Source: an uncultured Planctomycetota bacterium (GTDB lineage Bacteria; Planctomycetota; Phycisphaerae; Tepidisphaerales; Tepidisphaeraceae). From it: a stretch of 64,000 nt of DNA. Location: assembly GCA_963841915.1 (NCBI GenBank), contig CAWJEN010000006.1, positions 64,001 through 128,000 on the forward strand. The letters run 5' to 3'. The translations under genes and the position numbers were made by a program. Below the pieces are notes generated by a model. It made no database searches. It saw only the letters and a list, made by a program, of their open reading frames with translations, and was not told the origin of the DNA. Position 1 is the stretch's first letter; each line of letters opens with the position of its first letter. Below, piece by piece: positions 38,304-47,498 of the stretch.

Positions 38304-40277
38304 TCACACCGCCCGACTGTTCAAGGGCGGGCGAATCTCGTTGTCGCGGTACGCCTCGATCAGCCGCTCGAGCATCTTGATCTCGTTGCGGATCTCGCGG
38401 CCGCGTTCGGTGTCGCACATGCGGTGCGGCGGGTCGAACTCGGCGATTGGCGTGACCTGCGGCACGATGTCGACGCCGTCGCGGATGGCCGCCTCGATGC
38501 TGTCGAAGTGGTGGTGCTCGGCAAGAATGGTTTTTGACGGTTCGAGCACAAGCGTGTAGCCGTGGTCGCCGTAGGCCTCGCTAAAGGCACCGTCGATGGT
38601 GATGGCCTTGCCGCTGTCTTTGAGCGGACTCTCGCCCTTCTCGATCTTCACCGGCACGTGTCCGTTGACGATGAGCCCCTTGTCAGGATCGACATTGAAG
38701 GCGGCAAGCACCTTCTCGCAGAAGCTCACATCGTGGATGAGCTTGAAGTAAGGGTTCTTCTGCTCGTGGTGCGTCGCCGTGTCGTGTAGGAAGTCACGCT
38801 CGAACGTCTTGATGCGGTCTTTGCCGAACAGAGGCGAGCGCGGTCCATTCCATAGATACCAAAGAAAGTCAGTATCTTCCTGTCGGCCTTCGTGTAGCGC
38901 TCGCAGGACAACACGCTCGATGCGGTGGAACATCTCGCGGCCGACCACCTCCTTGCCATCGATCGTCATGGGCAGAAATTCGCCATTGTCGTCGACGGGC
39001 GTGCAGCCGTGGAAGATGAGGTGGTTGTCTCGCACGAGGACCATGCTGCCTTGCTCCACGAGGAACATCATGTGGCGTTGCAGGTGTTCGCTGCTGATGA
39101 AGCTGTTGCGGATGCGACGCATGCATGCCTGCTCCTCGGCAGAAAGCGTGTACGGGTCGTCGGGGTCGAGTGTGGGGAACAGCTTGTCGCGTAGCTCGTA
39201 GGTTGTGCCGTCGAGCGTGATGGTGCCGGCCTCCTTGTCGATGCGGTGCATCAGGCGGCGGTCGTCGAGGTGCCACTCGGGGTGACGCTCGATCATCTGG
39301 CCCTCGAGCTTGAACTGCATGATGGCGATCGCCTTCTGCATGCGGGCGACGAGCCAGTTGGGCCTCATGCCGTCGCTCTTGGGATAGAAGTGCTCGGCCG
39401 GATCTTCGTTGTAGATCTCGCGGACGAGCTGATCGAGCGGCGTCAGCGGGATCGAATAGCCGTCGTCGATCTGCGACAGACGCCTGTAGCGAAGCGACAC
39501 CCGCAGGCACAGGCAGATGAGCGCTTCGTTGCCGAGGGCCGCCCCGAGCCAGGTAACGTCGTGGTTGCCCCAGACGAAGCGAACGTTGGGCTGCTGGCTG
39601 AGGTAGTCGAGCACCTTGTCACCGCGTGGCCCGCGGTCCCAGCAGTCGCCGTTGATGATGAGTTCGTAGATCGCCAGGTTGCGAACGAGCCTGCCGACGA
39701 CGTGGACAAGCTGCAGGGCATTGTCACGCAACGCCAACTCGCGGACGATGGCGTCGAGGAAGTCGGGGCTGCGGCCGGTCGTCGGCTCCTGCATCATCTC
39801 CATGAGCAGCTCGCGGTACGCCTCGGGAAACACACCCGCCGCCCGCTTCAGGCTGTAGCCGCTGGCCAGGGTGCGGGCGAGTTCAAGCTGCAGCCGAAGC
39901 GTCTTGACGACGTAGGCGCTGATCTCACTGCGGTCGGTCATCGACCGCTGCAGCATGTCTGTAACTTCTGCCGGGTAGAAGACGAGTGTGAGGAACTCCT
40001 GAAACTCCTTCTTGTCGAGCCGGTCGGCGAAGAGGTTCTCGACGATCGGCCGCAGCGTGCCGCTGGCGTTGTTGATGACGTGACGAAGCTTCTTGTCTTC
40101 GCCGTGGACGTCGGAGATCACGTGCACCGTCCCCTTGGGCAGCGTGCAAACCGCCGACAATCGGGCCAGCTCGGCCATGGCCGACTCGACCGACGGGAAC
40201 TTTTCCGACAGAAATTGCAGTAGGGCTAGCTCGTAATCGTGCCCGCCGGCAAAGCTCGTGTGATCGGTGGCGTGCAT
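38304..40277 (-). CDS. fbp: Fructose-1,6-bisphosphatase class III
   Basis: LPKGTVHVISDVHGE, NGDCWDRGP, WGNHD, IMQFKLEGQ, LFGK, VNGHVPVK, IDGAFSEAY. Confidence 0.9.
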   Translation of the reverse strand: MHATDHTSFAGGHDYELALLQFLSEKFPSVESAMAELARLSAVCTLPKGTVHVISDVHGEDKKLRHVINNASGTLRPIVENLFADRLDKKEFQEFLTLVFYPAEVTDMLQRSMTDRSEISAYVVKTLRLQLELARTLASGYSLKRAAGVFPEAYRELLMEMMQEPTTGRSPDFLDAIVRELALRDNALQLVHVVGRLVRNLAIYELIINGDCWDRGPRGDKVLDYLSQQPNVRFVWGNHDVTWLGAALGNEALICLCLRVSLRYRRLSQIDDGYSIPLTPLDQLVREIYNEDPAEHFYPKSDGMRPNWLVARMQKAIAIMQFKLEGQMIERHPEWHLDDRRLMHRIDKEAGTITLDGTTYELRDKLFPTLDPDDPYTLSAEEQACMRRIRNSFISSEHLQRHMMFLVEQGSMVLVRDNHLIFHGCTPVDDNGEFLPMTIDGKEVVGREMFHRIERVVLRALHEGRQEDTDFLWYLWNGPRSPLFGKDRIKTFERDFLHDTATHHEQKNPYFKLIHDVSFCEKVLAAFNVDPDKGLIVNGHVPVKIEKGESPLKDSGKAITIDGAFSEAYGDHGYTLVLEPSKTILAEHHHFDSIEAAIRDGVDIVPQVTPIAEFDPPHRMCDTERGREIRNEIKMLERLIEAYRDNEIRPPLNSRAV

Positions 40278-40354
40278 AGGTCGTGTGTTTCTAGCAGAGG
40301 AAGCGCCTGTTCCGCCACCTGCTGCGACGCCTGGCGACAAAGATGTCGCACGTT

Positions 40355-40392
40355 CTGGCGTCGACGAGCGAACTGGCGTCGACGAGCGAACT
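40355..40392. repeat. Perfect 18-bp tandem duplication in the fbp/queF divergent spacer
   Basis: CTGGCGTCGACGAGCGAA twice, then CT. Confidence 0.9.
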
Positions 40393-40453
40393 CGCCCAAT
40401 GCCGCCAACCCCCCAAGGGCAAGGCCTGGGCAGACTCCATACCCTGTTGGTCC

Positions 40454-40891
40454 ATGAGCACGGAGACTCCATCGAGCCTTGACAACGGCACGCACCAGCC
40501 CCGCGAACTCGGCCGCCAATCCGGAGCCCTCAAGCCCGAGCAGATCGAAACGCCGCGGACGATCCTCGACACGTTCCCCAACCCCCGCCCCGGCCGCGAC
40601 TACGAGGTGAAGTTCGTCTTCCCCGAGTTCACCAGCATCTGCCCCGTCACCGGCCAGCCCGACTTCGCCACCTTCACCATCACCTACACCCCCGGCGACC
40701 GCAACGTCGAGATGAAGTCGCTCAAGCTCTACTTCCTCGCCTTCCGCAACAAGGGCATCTTCTACGAGGCGGTGACGAATCAAGTCTTCGACGACCTGCA
40801 AGACACGCTCTCGCCGCGACGCCTCAAGGTCGAAGCCGACTTCGCCGTCCGCGGCGGCACACAGGGGATTGTGACCGTCAGCAGCGAGTAA
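40454..40891 (+). CDS. queF: preQ0 reductase (type I QueF)
   Basis: PEFTSICPVTGQPDF, VEMKSLKLY, FRNKGIFYE, VRGG. Confidence 0.96.
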   Translation: MSTETPSSLDNGTHQPRELGRQSGALKPEQIETPRTILDTFPNPRPGRDYEVKFVFPEFTSICPVTGQPDFATFTITYTPGDRNVEMKSLKLYFLAFRNKGIFYEAVTNQVFDDLQDTLSPRRLKVEADFAVRGGTQGIVTVSSE

Positions 40892-40957
40892 GCGAATCGG
40901 AAGCGGCGACAACCGAAGCCGTCGCTATCTCCCTCGACTGCCCGAGGTACCGCAGGA

Positions 40958-41618
40958 AAAGGCTCGCGACCCCTTTATCTGCCCTGTGCCTCGCCATCGT
41001 CGAGGATGCCGAAGTTGAGACCGCCGCGGATGGAATCTTCATCGCAGTGAATCATCACCTGATCCTGCACGCGTCGTCCATCTGGCAATGTCCACGCAAG
41101 GCTGACGGAGCTTGACTGCGTGATGAATTCGGATCGCACCGTGCCACCCGGCTGGATGTCGCCGACCTGGAAGGTTTCGCCACCCGTGAGGATCTGGACG
41201 TTCGTCACTTCGCTGTCCGTTCGATTAGCCACTCGCACATCCGCCTTGGACCAACTCATGAGCATCAGCCCGATGAACCCGCCCAAGAGAGCCAAGACGA
41301 CGAGGAGGATCGAACTGCTGACGGCGCGACGGCCGTACTCACGTTGTTCACGGCGAACACGATCCACGAGGATGCCGCCCGCGTTGGCGTAGACGATCAA
41401 GCCGACGATAAAGCCGGTCAACGTGATGAACGGAGCCGCGTAGAAGACCAAGATGCCGAGCACCACAAACACGTCGCTGTAGGTCAACCACCGGCCGATC
41501 AGGCAGAGGAACCCGACGCCAATGATGACCATGTTGAGACGGCTTAGACCCCTTGCCCACTTGATGCCCGTTCTGGGGGCAGACAAAGGGGGGGCAGACA
41601 AAGGGGTCGGGAGCCTTT
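40958..41618. repeat. Pair of 27-bp inverted repeats (40958-40984 and 41592-41618) with a 15-bp tandem duplication at 41577-41606
   Basis: AAAGGCTCGCGACCCCTTTATCTGCCC versus the reverse complement of the right copy AAAGGCTCCCGACCCCTTTGTCTGCCC (25/27). Confidence 0.85.
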
Positions 41619-41649
41619 GTCGCGGATGGTGTCCCGCCGATGCTGACAT
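40975..41649 (-). CDS. Hypothetical membrane protein: three TM helices and a small beta-rich C-terminal domain
   Basis: 3' part of the 575-aa track ORF. ATG 41649 lies 7 nt after TAGAGT; the upstream part is an off-frame shadow of the photolyase. Confidence 0.7.
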   Translation of the reverse strand: MSASAGHHPRQRLPTPLSAPPLSAPRTGIKWARGLSRLNMVIIGVGFLCLIGRWLTYSDVFVVLGILVFYAAPFITLTGFIVGLIVYANAGGILVDRVRREQREYGRRAVSSSILLVVLALLGGFIGLMLMSWSKADVRVANRTDSEVTNVQILTGGETFQVGDIQPGGTVRSEFITQSSSVSLAWTLPDGRRVQDQVMIHCDEDSIRGGLNFGILDDGEAQGR

Positions 41650-41702
41650 GCCGGCCACTCTAGCGGATATGACGCGAGGCACTAGGCAGACGCCCCGCCA
41701 CC

Positions 41703-42980
41703 CTATAGCCGGCCGGCGGACTTCAGGGCCTTCTCGGCGGTGCGCCAGTAGCGGCTGAAGCGTTTGAGGTCGACGCGGCCTTCGAGTTCGGCCAGGGGCT
41801 TGGTGGCGATTGTCGTGGCGTCGAGCTCGTGGGCCACCTTCGCCACGAGCGGGGACGGGCTGTCGCCGGTGACGATCGGGCGGTCGGCGGCGAAGTCGCG
41901 GACGGCGGCGGCGAGGTCGTCGGCCGTCGCGACCGTCACGTTCGGCAGCTCGGCGAGGCACTCGCACACGAAGCCGATCGGCTTGAGGCTGATCCGCGAC
42001 GTCCAGTCGCGATCGAAGACGAAGATCGCCGGGCGGTCGTGCGCGTGGGGGGACAACGCGGGGTGGTTCGGGCGGAGCATGTCGCCGTGGACCCATGCGA
42101 CGGCGTCGTCGGGGACGCCGCGGTCGTCGGGCAGATCGACGTGGCACTTGCGGAGGTCGATGTCGCTGCCGCCCGCATCCTGCGTCGATTCTGGGCCGTG
42201 CTGGAAGAGCGTGTCTTCGAGTTGTTCGTAGCTGGCATCGAGCGGGTCGTTGCTGTTTCTCTTGTCGAACATGCCACCGCTGAACTTGTTGACGTTGTCG
42301 CGGTTCATGAAGTACGGCTTGCTGCCGAACGTGCTGGCGACCCATTGCCAGCTGAGGTTGTTGCTGGCCGGGTCGCCGTCGACGAGGTGGCGGAGGAACC
42401 ACATCGCCCCGGCCTGCCACTTGATGCGGCGGGCGTGGACGACGTAGCACGCCAGCCACATGCGGGCGTGGTTGTGCAGGTAGCCTTCTGCGCTGAGCTG
42501 TTTGGCGAAGTGGTCGACCCAATCGACGCCGGTCTCGCCGGCCTCGATCTCGGGCGGCAGGTCGTCGGCGTAGTCGTCCGGGCCGTAGCCGGTCTTCCAG
42601 GGTTCGAGATCGTTCCAGACCCCCCACTCGCCGACCTCGGCGTAGACGCGTTGGAAGTAGTCGTGCCACGCGATCTCGCGGATGAGCTTGCCCGCCTGCC
42701 ACGGCTCGGCCACCTTGGCCAATGCCGCGTCGGCAACCTCGGTCGTCGTCAGCACGCGATGCCGGAGGTAAGGCGACAACTGCGTCACCGCACCGTCGAG
42801 CATGTTCCGCGTCTTGGCGTACTGGTTCGGCCCAATCGCCGCTAGCCGCTTGTCGGCTTCGCGGCGTCCGCCGACGTGTGGCGAGAGGCGGTCATCAAGT
42901 GCCGCAGATGCCGGAAACATCTTGCGCAGGTTGTCCTGCAACGCGTCGCGGTTGTCGAAGGAGGTGGTCAAACGATCCAT
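41703..42980 (-). CDS. DNA photolyase with an N-terminal FAD domain and C-terminal short alpha/beta domain
   Basis: YAKTRN, VTQLSPYLRH, GYLHNHARMWLA, LVDGDPASNNLSWQWVA; later WVHGDML...AIFVFD. Confidence 0.85.
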   Translation of the reverse strand: MDRLTTSFDNRDALQDNLRKMFPASAALDDRLSPHVGGRREADKRLAAIGPNQYAKTRNMLDGAVTQLSPYLRHRVLTTTEVADAALAKVAEPWQAGKLIREIAWHDYFQRVYAEVGEWGVWNDLEPWKTGYGPDDYADDLPPEIEAGETGVDWVDHFAKQLSAEGYLHNHARMWLACYVVHARRIKWQAGAMWFLRHLVDGDPASNNLSWQWVASTFGSKPYFMNRDNVNKFSGGMFDKRNSNDPLDASYEQLEDTLFQHGPESTQDAGGSDIDLRKCHVDLPDDRGVPDDAVAWVHGDMLRPNHPALSPHAHDRPAIFVFDRDWTSRISLKPIGFVCECLAELPNVTVATADDLAAAVRDFAADRPIVTGDSPSPLVAKVAHELDATTIATKPLAELEGRVDLKRFSRYWRTAEKALKSAGRL

Positions 42981-43053
42981 GGTGCTTCGGAAAAAATGCC
43001 GCCGCATCAGGCAAAGCCTGATGCGGCGGCGGAATCGATCCAACCTAGTTGTT

Positions 43054-44661
43054 CTACAGGTTGTGCTTCGTCTTGGCGTCGTCGGCCTGGTGCTTGGCCT
43101 CACCGACGGCGGCGTCCTTAGCGGCCTCAAGCACCGACTTGGCGTCATCAGCAAGCTTCGTCGGCGTCAAACCCTTGTCTTCGGCCTTCAGCTTCAGGTC
43201 TTCAGCGTCGGCCAACGCGTCGGCCTTGACGTTCTGGACCTTCTGCTGGGCGTCGTTTGCAAGCGACTCGCTACGCGACTGCACGTTGCCGGCGACGTCG
43301 CCGCCTTCGCCCTTGACCTGACCGACTGCATCACCGGCGGCGGACTTGGCGGTCTCGGCGAGCTGACCGGCCGCCTGCTTGGCCTGACCCAGCACGTCCT
43401 GGCCCTCGCTCTTGGCGCGGCCGAGGATGTCAGAGCCTTCACGCTTGGCCTCGTTCATCAGCTCACCGGCCCGGTCCTTGGCGTCGGCAGCGAGTTCGCC
43501 AACCTTCTGGCGGAGCGACTCGGGCGTGACGCCGCGACGGGCGGCTTCTTCCTGGGCGGCGGTCAGGCTCGCGTCGACGACCGTGCGGCCACGCTCATAA
43601 GCCTCGGCGGCGGCGTCGCCGGCCGTGTTCTTCAGGTTGCGGCTGTAACCGCCCATGAGCTGGTCCTCCTTCTGCGTCCGTGGGGCGGCCAACCCGGCGA
43701 GCAGGCCAGCCGCGAGTGCACCGGCGGCGACGGCCAGCGGGTTGCTGCCAAGGGCATCCGTGAAGCGATCACGCGAGTAGGCGTAACCCTGCTCGCCGGC
43801 GCGACGACTGCGGTCGACGCCGCTGCTGAGCGAATCGCGACTGCTGGCGTACAGGCTGCTCGCCCGCTCGCCTGCGTAACCCCGGGCGGCGACGGCGTGG
43901 TCACCGGCGACGCTGCCATAAGTACGGGCCGAGTCGGCGGCGGTGCCGGCCGCGTGACCGACGGCGTCGCGGGTCGACGAGGCGGCCCCACCTATGGCCG
44001 AAGCGGCCGACGAAGCTGCGCTTCCGATCGCGCCGGCAGCACTCGAAGCAGCACTACCGACCGCACCGGCGGCGGCGCTGGCGTAATCAGCGGCCTGGCT
44101 GACGATGCCCGCGCCTTGACGCCCTTCTGCACCACGGTATTCGCGGCCTTGCCGCTCGTAACTCTCGATGTCGTACGGCTCACCCGTGCGGGCGTCAACG
44201 TAGCTGCCGCCGTACATCTGCGGCTCACGATGGTTCCGCTCGATGCGGCGACGCTGCTTGGAGCTCTTGTCCTGCAGCGCGATGTAAGCCACGCCCGCAC
44301 CGACGGCCGCAGAAAGCAACGGGTGCTGGCGGACCTTGGACAGCAGCCCGACGCCAACGGCCGAGCCGGCGAGTGCCTTGACGGCCGACGTGATCGTGTC
44401 GGCGATGCCACTGTCGTCGTCTTCGTAGGAAGCGGTCTCGCGGCGGCCGTCGACACCGGCCGGGACCGGTGAGCCGGAAGCGCTGGTGCGGCCGGACTTG
44501 CCGGTGAACATTCCGACGGCCGAGCCGACGAGGTTGCCGGGGTTGAGCCGCTCGCCGAGCTGGTCGAGCGTGCGGTCCATCTCGGTGCGGGTGCGGTCGA
44601 TATCGTTCTGAATGGTTCGGGACTGCGTGTCGTCCCGCTCGTTATGAATGGGTTGCGTCAT
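43054..44661 (-). CDS. DUF3618 protein with long Ala-rich LEA/apolipoprotein-like repeats
   Basis: IQNDIDRTRTEMDRTLDQLGERLNP, HPL/NPL-TM motifs, PRTQKEDQLMG. Confidence 0.8.
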   Translation of the reverse strand: MTQPIHNERDDTQSRTIQNDIDRTRTEMDRTLDQLGERLNPGNLVGSAVGMFTGKSGRTSASGSPVPAGVDGRRETASYEDDDSGIADTITSAVKALAGSAVGVGLLSKVRQHPLLSAAVGAGVAYIALQDKSSKQRRRIERNHREPQMYGGSYVDARTGEPYDIESYERQGREYRGAEGRQGAGIVSQAADYASAAAGAVGSAASSAAGAIGSAASSAASAIGGAASSTRDAVGHAAGTAADSARTYGSVAGDHAVAARGYAGERASSLYASSRDSLSSGVDRSRRAGEQGYAYSRDRFTDALGSNPLAVAAGALAAGLLAGLAAPRTQKEDQLMGGYSRNLKNTAGDAAAEAYERGRTVVDASLTAAQEEAARRGVTPESLRQKVGELAADAKDRAGELMNEAKREGSDILGRAKSEGQDVLGQAKQAAGQLAETAKSAAGDAVGQVKGEGGDVAGNVQSRSESLANDAQQKVQNVKADALADAEDLKLKAEDKGLTPTKLADDAKSVLEAAKDAAVGEAKHQADDAKTKHNL

Positions 44662-44698
44662 GTGTCTGTGGTGCTGAGGGAGAGGCGGAGACGAACGT

Positions 44699-45304
44699 CT
44701 AGTGCGGGGCAGGTGTAGTCGTGGGCTTGCCGAGCGTGCGGCTCTTGGCCCATTCCTTGTCGTTCTGGAGCGACTGGATCGTCCGCTCGGGCTTGAGCGG
44801 CTCACCGGCAATCTTGGACTTGGCCGAGTTGAGCAGCAGGTAACCGATGAGCGCGACGACGACACCGGTGATCAGGAACCCGATGCCGATGGCCAGCGGG
44901 TCGTTGATGTCGATGAGCAGGTCGATCAAGCCCGCGATCAGGAACGCGACCGCACTGAGCAGGCCCAGGCCCGCCACGAGCAGCACGGCCCCGCCGACAG
45001 CGATCTTTCCGGTTTGTACGGCAAAGAAGCTCGCCTTTTCGCCGATCTCGGTCTTGGCGAGGTTCACTTCCTGACGGATCAGGTGCAGCGACTCGTCGCG
45101 AAGATTTTTGATGAGGTCGGTGATGCCGGGTGCGTTGCCTGCGTCGGTCGGTTCGCGGTAGGCACCGGCGACGGGTCGGTCGATGGTGTCGGGGGCCGGC
45201 GGTTCGTCACGGACGGCGGTGCCGCCGTTGGCCGGCTCGTTGTCGCGGCCGAGGCCCATCGTGGCCGGCTTGGGTGGATGATGCAGTGGATCGTTGTCTG
45301 CCAT
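44699..45304 (-). CDS. YqjE/DUF1469-like (holin superfamily III-type) membrane protein
   Basis: LIRQEVNLAKTE, two TM helices, PERTIQSLQNDKEW. Confidence 0.85.
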   Translation of the reverse strand: MADNDPLHHPPKPATMGLGRDNEPANGGTAVRDEPPAPDTIDRPVAGAYREPTDAGNAPGITDLIKNLRDESLHLIRQEVNLAKTEIGEKASFFAVQTGKIAVGGAVLLVAGLGLLSAVAFLIAGLIDLLIDINDPLAIGIGFLITGVVVALIGYLLLNSAKSKIAGEPLKPERTIQSLQNDKEWAKSRTLGKPTTTPAPH

Positions 45305-45358
45305 AGGAAAGTGCTGTGAAGTGCGGTGAGATGGTCGTGAACTGGGGCAGGCAACGGC

Positions 45359-46369
45359 TCAGGCCGACGGCAGTGTGCTGGTGGTACCGGACTTCCTCAC
45401 GTCCTTGGCATCGACGGGCGTCGACCGGCCGTCACCGACGAGGTCGGGCACCAGGGCCTCGGCCGGCTGGACGCGATGGCTGCTCGTCTCGTGCAAATCG
45501 CTGCGACCGACGCCGACGTTGGCTGCCGGAAGCGCGGTGCCGACCGGCTCGCTGGAGAATTGCGTCCCGCGGGCGACGCCTGATCGGTCAAGCTGGGCGG
45601 TGCTGCCGTACCGCTGCTGGCGGACGGCATCGTCGAACAGGGATTCGTCCGCCCCCTCGGGCAAACCCCGGCGGTGCGGCTGGTCGGCCTTGAGGAACCG
45701 GCTCAGACCAAGACCCAGCACAAAGGCTCCGCCCAGCACCCACTCTGGCCGACGCTTGGTCAGACCGGCAAGCTCACCGACAAGGTCCCGCGGCGAAGCG
45801 TGGTCGAGGTAGTCGCGAACCCGCTCGAGCGAGTCGGCGGCGGCTTCGGCGTAACCGGCGACGGTCGTGTCGTCACGGCCGCGAAGCTCACCGGCAGCTG
45901 CGCGGGCGGCGGCGGCGAGATCGTTCACGCCGCCCTTCAGCCGGCCCTTCTGCTCGTCGTACATCGCCGACGCACGCTCACCGGCGACCCGGCGACCTTC
46001 CACCACGCGGCTCGACAGCTCACGCTTGGCACTCTCAAACTGCACACGCGCCTCGCCCATGCGACGGTCAGCCTCGGCACGCGCCTGATCGGCGGCCTGA
46101 CGCGTAAAGTCCTTGGCCGCCTCGTAACGTCGACCAACCTCGGCCTTGGCGGTGTCGGCGACCTCGCCCGCCTGCCGCCTTGCATCTTCGAGCTTCGCCC
46201 GGGCGGCGTCGGCGGCATCGCCAGCGACCTGCTTAGCGACCTGCTTGACGTCACCGCTGCCGGTGCTCTTCGTGTACGTGTGGTCCAGGTCTACCGGGGC
46301 CGGGTGATCCCCTTGGGCCGGGATGTGGCCGTCGGTGACGTTCTTGTCGTTCGTGTTGGCTGAGCTCAT
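45359..46369 (-). CDS. Helical stress-type protein with a YqjD/ElaB-like anchor
   Basis: GGAG RBS, amphipathic repeats, RRPEWVLGGAFVLGLGLSRFLKA. Confidence 0.7.
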   Translation of the reverse strand: MSSANTNDKNVTDGHIPAQGDHPAPVDLDHTYTKSTGSGDVKQVAKQVAGDAADAARAKLEDARRQAGEVADTAKAEVGRRYEAAKDFTRQAADQARAEADRRMGEARVQFESAKRELSSRVVEGRRVAGERASAMYDEQKGRLKGGVNDLAAAARAAAGELRGRDDTTVAGYAEAAADSLERVRDYLDHASPRDLVGELAGLTKRRPEWVLGGAFVLGLGLSRFLKADQPHRRGLPEGADESLFDDAVRQQRYGSTAQLDRSGVARGTQFSSEPVGTALPAANVGVGRSDLHETSSHRVQPAEALVPDLVGDGRSTPVDAKDVRKSGTTSTLPSA

Positions 46370-46456
46370 GGTCGTTGCTCCGTCGGGTGCAGGTCGTTAG
46401 TGGCGAGTCGTAAAGCAAGCGTTGCCGGGCAGGCAGGTCGCATGCAAAGGACACCA

Positions 46457-46473
46457 CGCAAAGCCAATGCCGC
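46457..46473 (-). promoter_or_regulatory. Putative sigma54 -24/-12 promoter
   Basis: Minus strand CGGCATTGGCTTTGCG (GG-N10-GC), about 90 nt upstream of ATG 46369. Confidence 0.6.
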
Positions 46474-46599
46474 GGGGAGGCTCGGAAGAAAGTCCCACGA
46501 ACAGTGCATGATGCCCCTGCCGAGGCCGACAGGGTGTCGCAGTGCCGTCGGCACAAACGCAGATTGTCACAGATGCGGCCACTGTCCACACTCACCTTC

Positions 46600-46884
46600 A
46601 TGCGCCAACTGCTAGACGACCTGCTCGAGATCGATCGCCCACGCTTTCTGGACGGCCAGGCGGACGACGGCGAGGTCGAGTTCGCCCGCAAGGTGCTTGT
46701 GCCGGGCGTGGCACTGGTGGCCCTGACAGCGGTCGGCATTGGGGCGGCCAAGGCGTGCTGCGGCGTCAGGTACCGCCGGTTCGACCCGTACGGCATGTTG
46801 CCGATCGGCATGGCGCTGCTGACGGCGAGCGTGGCGGCGTGGTCGTACCTCAACCCGCAGCCGATGCAGTCGCTGCGGCGCTAG
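46600..46884 (+). CDS. Small hypothetical membrane protein
   Basis: Two hydrophobic segments; ends 8 nt before the globin start. Confidence 0.5.
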   Translation: MRQLLDDLLEIDRPRFLDGQADDGEVEFARKVLVPGVALVALTAVGIGAAKACCGVRYRRFDPYGMLPIGMALLTASVAAWSYLNPQPMQSLRR

Positions 46885-46892
46885 AACGTGTC

Positions 46893-47285
46893 GTGACGAA
46901 CCTTGCCGATCCTGTCGGTCACCTGTATGGCCTCGTCGGCGAAGCGGGCATTGCCGACGTGACGCGTCGGTTCAATGAGAAGGTGCGGGTCGATGACGTG
47001 ATCGGGCCGATGTACCCGCCGGACGAATGGGAGGCTGCCGAGCGGCGCCTGCGGATGTTCCTGGTCGAGCGGTTCGGCGGCCCGCCGCAGTTCTCGACCG
47101 AGCGGGGGCACCCGCGGCTTCGCATGCGGCACGCGCCGTTTGCCATCACGCCCGCAGGGGCCGAGCGGTGGATCGAGTTGATGTCGGCCGCGGTGAACGA
47201 GGCAGCGTTACCGGCGGCGTTCGGTGAGGCCGCGTTGCCATTCCTGGCCCAGGTGGCGACGTTCCTGGTGAATCGGGCCGAGTGA
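46893..47285 (+). CDS. glbO: Group II truncated hemoglobin
   Basis: PMYP, AERRLRMFL, GGP..FS..RGHPRLRMRHAPF, W..LM, A.FLVN. Confidence 0.9.
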   Translation: MTNLADPVGHLYGLVGEAGIADVTRRFNEKVRVDDVIGPMYPPDEWEAAERRLRMFLVERFGGPPQFSTERGHPRLRMRHAPFAITPAGAERWIELMSAAVNEAALPAAFGEAALPFLAQVATFLVNRAE

Positions 47286-47431
47286 GGCGCACAGGCGGCC
47301 GCGGCGGCGCACTGCGCAGAGGCGACTTCTGGGGCGCACCGCCTTTGACGAATCACACGTCAGCACTGCAAATCCTGGCGTACCACTTCCGCACGGCAGA
47401 CGACCCGCCGACGCACTCGGTCGTCAGCGAA

Positions 47432-47447
47432 TGTTCCACGTGGAACA
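47432..47447. promoter_or_regulatory. parS site 1
   Basis: Perfect palindrome TGTTCCACGTGGAACA, matching the consensus TGTTNCACGTGNAACA. Confidence 0.9.
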
Positions 47448-47498
47448 TTCACCCCCGCTGGCAGCCCTTGGCGAGGGGTCAAAACGACCCGCCGCAAG

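Noticed and set aside
40278..40453. preQ1 riboswitch upstream of queF
   Set aside because: No recognisable stem with an A-rich tail, and queF appears leaderless.
41650..42702. Arg/Pro-rich N-terminal part of the 575-aa ORF
   Set aside because: Off-frame overlap with the photolyase; only the part from 41649 looks like real protein.
42802..44472. 556-aa plus-strand ORF
   Set aside because: Antisense to the DUF3618 repeat protein.
44699..45304. Prophage suggested by the holin-like gene
   Set aside because: No phage genes nearby; this family occurs in cellular stress operons.
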